This document shows, one piece after another, positions 22,030 to 31,059 of a stretch of 33,000 bases of DNA. The DNA is from Hypanus sabinus (taxonomy: Eukaryota): NCBI RefSeq assembly GCF_030144855.1, contig NC_082731.1, forward strand, positions 22,661,001 to 22,694,000, written 5' to 3'. Below the pieces are notes generated by a model that worked only from the letters and a program-made list of their open reading frames with translations, was not told where the DNA came from and searched no databases. The position numbers and the translations under genes were made by a program. The first letter of the stretch is position 1. The number at the start of each line of letters is the position of its first letter.

Positions 22030-22740
22030 CTGCCTCAGCCATGTCACACATACCACTTGCACTTGCATACCTCTATAGAGGAAAGCATGGGTAGCCGGGG
22101 TCTTGCCGTCTCCAAAATGCTTTGATACTGATGTATCCCAATTGCTGAACTCTCACTGCTTTGCCTATGGCCGAGTTCAATCCGGCTTGGTTTATTTGCT
22201 TGTCATGGAAATCCCCTACTGTTAACACAACTCTACACATTTCTACCTTGAACTTCTCCGCTACCAATGACAACGGGAGCTGTAGCTGGCCTGTTCATAT
22301 GTAGAGACAAATGGAAAAAAATGCTGAGAGAATTTCCAGCCCCCTCCTCAAGTGCTTGCAGACTATTCTCTTGATACAGTCTATAGGAGCCTTTGGGAGC
22401 TCATAGAACTTTAAAAGCCAGAACAGACAAGGAATAGAACATGTTGTTATGGCATGTCTTAAATTTACCTGTTAATCCACTTCCGTCGATCTTCTGCAGC
22501 AACTCTTCGCTCTGCATTAGTGTGTCAGTGATGTTGACGCTCTCTCGAATTGCTGCATTAAACCACTTTCCAAGATATTTCACTGGGTTGTCCACTGTCG
22601 AGGAAACGACTCCCTTCGTACTTGAAGACAAAGCATTCGTAAACTAGCCTTTTTTGATCACCATGTATCTGGAATTCCTGGCTAAGCATATAGCTATCTG
22701 GTCATCCCTGTACAGCTAGCTACCAGCCCAGAGTTTTCAA
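22030..22740 (-). mobile_element. HERO-like (RLE clade) non-LTR retrotransposon fragment
   Basis: NSRYMVIKK; DNPVKYLGKWFNAAI...EELLQKIDGSGLTGKFK (ORF 22401-22631); QLQLPLSLVAEKFKVEMCRVVLT...QAG; CFP-IEV. These match recalled HERO motifs KSRSLVIKKG, PVKSLGRWY..KIDKSGLPGKFK, KLQLPLSSLVEEFKV and CFPVEVGC. Confidence 0.7.
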
Positions 22741-23274
22741 TTGTTATTTTGCATGGAAATGGGTCACTGTTGTATTATGATGTCAGTTGTGGACCCACAC
22801 GTGCCTGGCTCCAAGAAAGCTAACGTTTGTTGCTGCTAATAAGAGCATATACAAACCAATGACAATCAAGATGGCGGAGGTGGTGCAGTCGACTGGAATC
22901 CCTTTTTAGACGTTTTGCCAACTGAATGAAAGGCGGGCGTAAAGTGAAGCGCAGTTGAAGCCTCCTAGTTAACTTATAATCATGTCTTGCCCTACTGGTA
23001 TGATATAGTAGTGATCCAGACGAGTAGAGCTCAGAACTTGTAGAATTTCCTGGTTATACCTCCTCGGCGTTAGCAATTTATAACCAGTTAACTGCTAGGT
23101 TACGTGTCATTCGCATGGCCTCGCGAAGCAATTGGCTGATAATTGAAATGTATGCAAGAAACACAGAAAAAAATCGCGATATCACATTTCCCGATGGGGG
23201 TGCTGAAATCGAGCGTCTCCATTGAGGGAATTTCCATACAGGAAAATGAGAACAAAATAAATCGTACAGACACG

Positions 23275-25023
23275 AAATGGCAATGGACAATAAACTATAG
23301 GTACAAGAGCAGGCCATTCGACCATTGGAGCTAGCAGAGCCATTCACCGTGATCATGGCTGATCACCCACAAGCAGTACCCCGTTTCTGGCTTCCCCCCA
23401 TATCCATTGAATCCGAAATACTTAAAAACTCTATCTACCACTTGTTTTAAAGCATCCAGAGAATTGAGCTCCACTGCCTTCTGAGGCAGGGTATTACACA
23501 GATCCACAAAACCCTGGCTGATTTTTTTTTTCCTCAACTCCGTTCTAAATGGCCTAACTCCTATTCTTAAAATGTGACCTCTGGTTCTGGACTTCCACAC
23601 AATCGGGAATATTTTTTTTCCTGCATCTACCGTGTACAATCGATAAATCACCTTATACGTTTCAATCAGCTCCCCTCTCATCCTTCTAAAATCCAGTGTA
23701 TACAAGCCCAGTGCCTCCAATCCTTCAACATATGACAGTGCCTCCATCCCAGGAATTAACTTCGGGAAACTCCGCTGCACTTCCCCAATAACAAGAATGT
23801 CCTTCCTTAAATTTCGTGAACAATGTTGCAAACAATACTTCAGGTGTCGTCTCACCAAGCCTCTGTGCAACTGCAGAAGGACGTCTTTGTTCCTATACGC
23901 AACTTCCTTTGTTATGAATGTCAACATGCCATTAGCTTTCTGCACTGCTTTCTGTACCTGCATGCGTACCTTCAGTGATTGCTGAACAAGGACACCTAGA
24001 TCTCGATGTACTTCCACTTTTCCTAACATGACACCATTAGATAGTAATCTGCCTTCCTGTTCTTGCCACCAAAGAGGATAACCTCAGATTTGTCCATATT
24101 AAACTTCAGCTTCCATGAATCTGCACACTCAATAAAACTTCCATTTCACCCTGCATTCTCAAAACATCCTCCTCACATTTCACACTGCCACCCAGCTTTG
24201 TGTCATCTGCAAAATTGTTAATGTTATTATTAATAGCTTCATCTAAATAATTAATGCATATTGTAAACAGCTGTGGTCCCAGCATCTTGCTGTCTGGTAT
24301 CCCATTAGTCATTGCCTGCCAATCTGAAACGGACCCGTTAATCCCTACTCTTTGTTTCCTGTCTGCCAACAAATTGTCTATCCATGTTAATACCTTACAT
24401 CCAATAACATGTGCTCTAATATTGCCCATTAATATCCTAGGAGGGACCTTATCAAATGTTTTCTGAACAACCAGGTACTCTACATCCACTGTCTCCCCCT
24501 TGTCCATTTTCATAGTTCCATCGTCAAAAAATTCCAAGTGATTAGTCAAGCATGATTTCCCCTTCGTAAATCCATGCTGCCTCGGATCGATCCTGTTACT
24601 ACTAAACAAATGTGGCGCTATTTCATCTTTTATAATTGACTCCAGCATCTTACCGACCAGTGACGTCAGGCTAACTGCTCTATAATTCCCTGATTTCTCT
24701 CTCCCTCCTTTCTAAAAACGTGGGATATCATTAACTAATCTCCAATCCTCGTGATCTGATGCTGAATATGTAGGGCATGCAAAATGATTAAAAATGCGTC
24801 CACGAATTCTAGTGCCACTTCATTAACTATCCTGTGTTGCAGACCATCAGGTCCTGGGGATTTACCAACCTTAAGTCCCATCAGTCTACCCAACACCATT
24901 TCCTGCCTAATGTGAATTTCCTCCAGTTCCTCCGTTACGCTAGGTCCTCTGGCCACTTCTTGGAAATATTTGTGTATTCCCTCTTGAAGACAGATCCAAA
25001 TTAACAGTTCAACTCGTCGCCAA
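23275..25023 (-). mobile_element. CR1 ORF2 RT through 3' tail (element 'c', copy 2), 5'-truncated
   Basis: ORFs 24106-24648 (QHGFTKGKSCLTNHLEFF...NNFADDTKL) and 23331-24029 (HRDLGVLVQQSLKV...RMRGELIETYK...KSRTRGH). 3' UTR ggccattcgacc...gatcatggctgatc. Confidence 0.92.
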
Positions 25024-26443
25024 TAAATGTGTTTTGGAATACAACACGTGGTGTTTTAATAAATGAGAGCATGTGGTCAAAATGCACTAGCCAGCAAAAC
25101 CTAAACCAGTAATGTTCAAGGCAAAATACCAAAAAGGACGAGGGCAGCTTTCTCTCAGGCATCGAGAATAATATACTGCACTTCTCGCTGAGGAGAAGGA
25201 TTGTTATCAACGGGAGGATGTCTGAGAAATTTTGTTTCCTTCTGGTCAAGGCATGCTTCAACAATTTTCCAGCTTAGTGCGATCCAGCCTCTGTTCCAAA
25301 TTTTCCCCATTATCTTCAACAAACATCTGAGTCGATTTGGATATTTCTTTTATATCGTACCGTCTACCGCTCAGTCTAGAGGCTACAGATGTCTTTGCTG
25401 TCTTGCTGATAACCTGGACCTCGGTTCACGTTGGCTCAAACCCGCTTAGTACTTTTGCTGTTTTTTTTTAGGAGACATCTGTATTGAATTGACGTCCCTG
25501 ATACCGACGGCGATCGTTGTTTGATTCCCGCATTCAAACGTTAAACTCCTGGTACTGCTTTGCTTTCATAGAAAGTTATTCTTTCCAAACTGCTGGTAAG
25601 CAACAATTCATCTGAATGGATTTCGATTGTCGTACATTTTTTTGTCGACCATGTATAGCTGGTCAACGTCAGGTCGTATTCCATTGGTTTGGTATTCATT
25701 GATTAGTATTATCAGCTTCACAGCATCACTTGCAGAAACTGAAGGTACCGTATAGTTGTATGTCCAGCAGTACAGGGCATACATATCTGTGAAGGTGACG
25801 TTTTCCTATTCCGAGTTGGAAGTTATCAACAACAGTGGCAAACGATTGAAAAGCTGTGACTGCAAACGTTGATCAAACATCATTCCTAGATACTCTGCTC
25901 CATGTTGTTTGATTCCCTCTGGGGAAGGATTTTGATAAAATGGGTTAAACAGGGTTTCAGCAGTTTCAGGAAAACATTCTGGATACAACCACTAAGGAAC
26001 AATTCGCACAACTGGAATGGAATAGCGAGCGAGAGAGATAATGAGTTTAGGCATTATGATGGTGAAGTACATGAAGGTCCATATTACTGACGGATTTTAT
26101 CTACCAATCTGACCGGACTCGTGTTTCATCAGTCCTGTCCTCCTGTGTATGCAGGGCAATGGCATGTCCATGGGGTCCATTCTGTTCCGAAAGAGAGAAG
26201 GTCACACCAAGTATTGTAGAGTGCATTCTCTTGAGTTCTTCGTTCTGGCGAATATGACAGTCACGTTGAAGTTTAGAAATGTTGAGAATTGCTTGGAACC
26301 AAGACCTTCCCTTCAATGTATCGTGAAAAATCTCAAGAGAGAGGTGAAATGGGCTGGTGAGACGGTGTCCAGGCAGATATTTGCAGTGAGGAGCGAGAAA
26401 ATTGTTCGGAGTATTCACGGTCATAATAATATTCCCGTGTCCA
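25024..26443 (-). mobile_element. Ancient RTE-like LINE 5' part (APE endonuclease and linker; copy 2)
   Basis: Minus translation NFNVTVIFARTKNSRECTLQ, HGHAIALHTQ and LLLITSNSE*ENVTFT align loosely with RTE RFNIDIAALSETRLAxEGQLK, HGVGFAIKT and LLLTKCxEHELVITNT. Confidence 0.45.
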
Positions 26444-27494
26444 TGTCAGGAAAGGGGGCAGGACTGGACCTAAATGCAGGACGCAGGCGGAGGTTCCCAG
26501 AGTTCTGACGAGACAGGAGGACTCCTCATGATCCCAGAGTCCGTGGCAGGAAGGAGATTCCCAGAGTTCGTGGCAGGCTGGAGTGTCCCAGAGTCCGTGG
26601 CAGGCAGGAAGATCCCAGAGTTCGTGGCTGGCAGGAGAATTCCAGAGTTCGTGGCAGGCAGGAGAGTCCCAGAGTTCCTGGCAGGCAGGAGAATCCCAGA
26701 GTTTCTGGCAGGCAGGAGGATTCCTCATGGCGGGCCGCATCGATCCCGGGTAGGGCCACCAACCAGGCGGAAAGGCGCGGACACCTGTGCAAGTGCGGGT
26801 CACAATCCATGGGAAACGAGAAGAGGAAAGGGTAGGAGTCCTTAAGGCGGGACGCTTGTGTCCTGCGCAAAGGCCGCTTCCCAGGCAGAAAATCGGAGGC
26901 CTGGGCAGGTACGGGGCCCAACCATTAGGGCATAATAGGTGGAAAGCGCAGAACTTCCGCCGGGCAGCGGCAGTCCGGCCGGACCCACCCGTCGGAGGCA
27001 ACGGGTAGGAAGGGGCAGAACCCCCACCGGGCAGCGGCAGTTCGGCCAGAGCTACCCGGCGGAGACAAGCAATCAGAAATGATGCATGGTCCAGGGTGAG
27101 TAGCAGGACTACCGTGATACACCGGGTAAATTGGTAAGGGGAACCGACTGCGCGGGCTAGGCGAATAAGTCGGGACAGAGGGACCAGAGCACAGGAGAAA
27201 AGCAGGGGATCAAGACCAACCGGACAGAGCATATACAGAACAGGCTGGCAAGCAGGGCAGAACAGGATTCCGAGCGGGGTGGCAGCCAGGGCAGAACCGG
27301 AGTCCGAGCTGGCGAAGCAGGTACATAGCATGATTCAGATCCGGCGGACCAGATACATCGCGGGCTAAACCTGCTTCGGGGCAGAACATCCCCACAACCA
27401 GTTTCAGTCCCTAAGCCCATTATAAACACCTGACACCTAATAGGCAACAGGTGTACCTCCTTACGCCGGGATGATCCAATGGCTCCGTGTGACA
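26444..27494 (-). mobile_element. Solo-LTR-like element (1051 bp) with TGTCA...TGACA termini
   Basis: TGTCA at 26444 and TGACA ending at 27494. The minus strand begins TGTCACACGG...CACCTG...TTTATAA and ends CCTGCGTCCTGCATTTAGGTCC...CCTGACA, like fish Gypsy LTRs. GC-rich. No clear TSD (gtcca vs ggggg). Confidence 0.6.
26494..26719. repeat. 27-bp tandem array inside the LTR (7 regular units at 26531-26719 plus one diverged unit)
   Basis: Unit approximately ATCCCAGAGTTCGTGGCAGGCAGGAGA, starting at 26531, 26558, 26585, 26612, 26639, 26666 and 26693. Confidence 0.95.
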
Positions 27495-27639
27495 GGGGGC
27501 TGGCTGCAAGGCTCAGAGTCCGGCGTCTGCGGACCGGAGGAAGACCCGTTCGGCGGTCTCCGGACCGGACCCCAAAAGCCCAATACATCTGCAAATCTAT
27601 GCAAGCAGTTGTATTTAATGTGTCACCTTCTCGAACGAT

Positions 27640-29005
27640 TCTGAAGAGAACTGAAGAAAATCCCGAAGATAACTCGGAAGAAGGATGAAGAGCAGGACCT
27701 CCTGGGTAGCTATTTCCGGTTTGCTTCCAGTTTCTCGCGATGGTGAGGAGAGCAACAGGGAGATCTGAGACCTCCATGTGTGGCTGAGTAGCTGGTGCAG
27801 CAAGCAGGGTTTTTGATTCTTAGATCACTGGGATCTGTTTTGGGATATGGATGAATTGTTCAAAGGAGATGTGTTGCCCCTTAACAGGCGTGGAACCACT
27901 GCTACACGGGTGTGTTTAAACTAATGGGGGAGGGGGCGGCGGAGTCGAACTGGAAATATAAGGATGGACTTAAAGGAATCAAGAGGATAAGAAAAGTTAA
28001 GAAATACAACAGAATTAAAGTTGCAGAAAGCTCAGGAAGGGACGGGAGAGTCTGGCCAAGTTCAATACGGATGGATGCGAGAAGCGAGGGGATTGAAAGT
28101 ATAAAATATGAATTCACAAAGTAATAAATGGGATAACTTTAGGCTTAGTTGGAAATTGGCAAGTATGATGTCGCAGGAATAACAGAGACATAGTTCCAAG
28201 AGGTCAGGGCTGGGAGATGAATATTCAAGGGTATACAACGTATCGAAAGGACAAACAAGTTGGCAGAAGGAGTGGGGTGGCTCTGCTGGTGAAGAATGAA
28301 GTTCAGTCCCTTGCCTGTGGCGACATAGAATAAGGAGATGTAGAATCACTATGGATAGAACTGAGAAATTGTAAGGGCAAAAAGACCCTAATGGGTGTCA
28401 TCTACATGCCGCCAAATAGTAGCCTGGATGTAGGCAAAAATTGAATCATTGGCGAAAATTAGCAAGCCGCAAATGTTACTGTTTTACTGTGGGATTTCAA
28501 CATGCAGGTACCCTGGGAAAATCAGTTCAGTACTGGATCACAAGAAAGGGAGTTTGTGGATTCCCTCCGAGATGGATTCTTAGAGCAGCATGAACTGGAG
28601 CCTACCAGAGAGAAGGCAGTTCTGGATCTAGTATTGTGTAATGAACCAGGTTTGATAAGAAAACTCGGGATAAAGGAGCCATTAGGAGATAGTGACCATA
28701 ATATGATACGTTTTAATCTACAATTATAGAGGGAGATGAATAAATTGGAAGTGTCTGTGTTACATTTGAACTAACGGGACAACAGAGTCATGAGGTAGGA
28801 ACCAGCCAAAGCTGACTTGAAGGATACCCTAACAGGGATGATAGTGGAACAACAATGGCAGATATTTTTTTTGGAATAATACAGAAGGTGTAGAATCAGT
28901 TTATTCCAAAGTGGAAGAAAGATTCTAAGGGGAAAAGGGGACGGCCTTGGTTGAAAAGGGAAGTCAAGGATCGTATAAACATTCAAGAGAAAAAGTTTAA
29001 TATAA
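27640..29005 (+). mobile_element. CR1 fragment, plus strand: ORF1 esterase C-terminus and ORF2 APE endonuclease, cut by an LTR insertion
   Basis: KSRTSWVAISGLLPV and WLSSWCSKQGF*FLDHWDLFW...KGDVLPLNRRGT (ORF1). YDVAGITET, MNIQGYTTYRKD, SLWIELRNCKGKKTLMGVIYMPPNS and PTREKAVLDLVLCNEPG...LGDSDHNMIRF (APE). Confidence 0.88.
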
Positions 29006-29547
29006 TGTAAAAGGTTTCCTGTGTTAGTGAGGATGTTAATCAAAATGGCTTCTTTGTTAAGTAAAAGTCGGGATGCTTCTTTGATAGATTAACTGGTGAG
29101 AGAGTGCTTGCTTGGGTTATGATTACTGATAATGAGAATTGCATTCATTTGTAAACCAAACAGGATAGATGTTATTCTTTCCTGTGGATCTGTGAGCTGT
29201 GGTCTTTCTCGGGCTTTTGAGGAGTTGGAGAGGGGATCGCGAGGAAGGTGGACGGTGCTGGAGGTACTCTGGTCGATCAGTGAAGCTGGTCCAGGCGCGC
29301 GGGTTGTGGATGCCGGAGAATATCGAATAGTGGACCGAAGACTTCGATGGTTGAGCTCCAACCACTGTGCATTAATTGACTGAACCCTGATAAGTTCTGG
29401 CGCCTTTTCTTTCCTTTCTTTTCTTTCACATATTACATCGCTATTAATCACCTAGTTCAAGTAAGATTTATAAATTGTATTCTACAAACGTGCATGGTGT
29501 GCGGTTTGACATTGTGTATGCGAGTTTGAATTAGTGCGGACTTCACA
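29006..29547 (+). repeat. Putative 5' LTR of the Gypsy element
   Basis: Begins TGTAAAAG exactly where CR1 homology stops. Candidate end CTTCACA at 29547, upstream of gag. The end point is uncertain and no clear PBS was seen. Confidence 0.55.
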
Positions 29548-29701
29548 GCATTCAGGCTACTGGATGCGCGTTTTGGTGGGTGGAAGTATTTTCCCCTGGA
29601 CATACACCAGCCGACTGCGTGAGCTTTACATTTGTATGCTGCTCGTCCCGGATTGAATGGAGAGTAAGCTGTCTAACTAGAGCACGTTCAGTGGTGCTGG
29701 C

Positions 29702-31059
29702 ATGGATCGAGATAAGATTGTAAACTGGTGTGAGATAGAAGACGAACCGGTGAATTATGCGTGTGCGTTAATCGTGGTAGTTTCCGTATTTCGGAAGGTG
29801 CGTTAGTGCGGGGGTTGACTTTGTTCAATGGTATGGGGCAGATAGAACTGGTGGCTCGTACGTGCGGTAAGGAGATGGAGGCAAGCTGGGTGTTGGTTCG
29901 TACGAGTGCTAACATCATGACGTTAGAACTGCCTGCGACGGTCAGCTCCCCGGAGGATGTGGGGCCATCGGGCCTCCACACCCTCTCGGCGGAAGAAGGT
30001 GAGGAGACACCGGAGGAGGAGCTATTTGTGACCCCAGGACTGGTGTCAGTAACCAGTAGGGGGGGGGGGTGGTCGCAGTGGGAAGGCTTGACGAGGTCCC
30101 GCCCCCGAGTTCCGAGCTGGCAGCCGCCCTTAACTCCCTGGTGAGAGTGGCGGAGTGGCCACTGCCGAATCTGACGGTTCTCTCAGGAGCCATGCCTACT
30201 CCGGACGGGGAGTCTGGCTATGATAGCTGAATCGAAAACACGTCCCTGATGTTAGAGGCGTGCCAGGCTCGAATGAGGAAAAGAGACAACGATTAATTGG
30301 AAGTTTGAGGGGCGCGGTGACCAGCGTAGTCTGGAAGCTGAAAGCTGAACAGCCCTCGGCTTCGTTGGCTGACTATTGAGAAGCTCTCGAGCTAACGTTT
30401 GGGATGTCAGGAGATCCGTGGCTTCCTTTAGCTGAATTTCACCACATGGATCAAGGGAGGGGGGAGCTCTCAAAATACATATATCGACTGAAGGGAATGC
30501 TTACTGGGTAGCGGCGCCGGGTGTGCAGAAGACGAAGAAGTGGTGAAAGTGAGGTTGAGTCATATATTTAGTGGTCTAGAGGACAAACTGACGTGGAGTC
30601 TCCGGCAGTCCAATAAAATGAGATACCATCTATCATTAGAGAGGTGCGGGAGGAATAGAGCGCGTTCGGCTGAAAAAGGGGCTTGGGCCATCGAGAGCGA
30701 TCCTCAACGGTACAGTAACTGGTGGCAGGGTTGAGGACCGAGTAGCCCAAGGGCCCCCAGGGTAGGTACACCCCATTTGAGGGGATGGACAGTGAGAGTA
30801 GCCCCTTCGGGGGACTACCCGTGCAGTGATATGGGTGTGGCGGGCGTCGCCGGGAGACTGGGGCGGTGGGTAGCGTGCACTATATATCTGGGAAATAGGG
30901 GCATTTCCGGCAGGAATGTGAGCGGGCAAGGGTGTGGTAGAGCTATGGGGAAGAGGGCCGCTCACGGTGGGATTGTGTGAGTTAAGGCACCCCGCGGAGC
31001 GCAAGCCTCAGGTGACTAAAAATGGAGAGGTGTCGAAGAACTTAGGAGAGACTCAGTGA
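29702..31059 (+). pseudogene. Gypsy gag, PNMA/Ma-antigen-like (N-terminal domain, capsid, degenerate CCHC)
   Basis: ATG at 29702: MDRDKIVNWCEIEDEPVNYACAL, then a frameshift. Capsid region LTVLSGAMPTPDGESGYDS*IENTSLML...NEEKRQRLIGSLRG...ADY*EALELTFG. Knuckle remnant HYISGK*GHFRQEC. The 3' end is approximate. Confidence 0.75.

Noticed and set aside
23331-24648. 232-aa and 180-aa ORFs as functional genes
   Set aside because: They are frameshifted pieces of a 5'-truncated CR1 ORF2.
26333-27331. 332-aa ORF as a host gene
   Set aside because: It lies within a GC-rich LTR with an in-frame 27-bp array, has low-complexity content and no domain, and overlapping ORFs occur in several frames.
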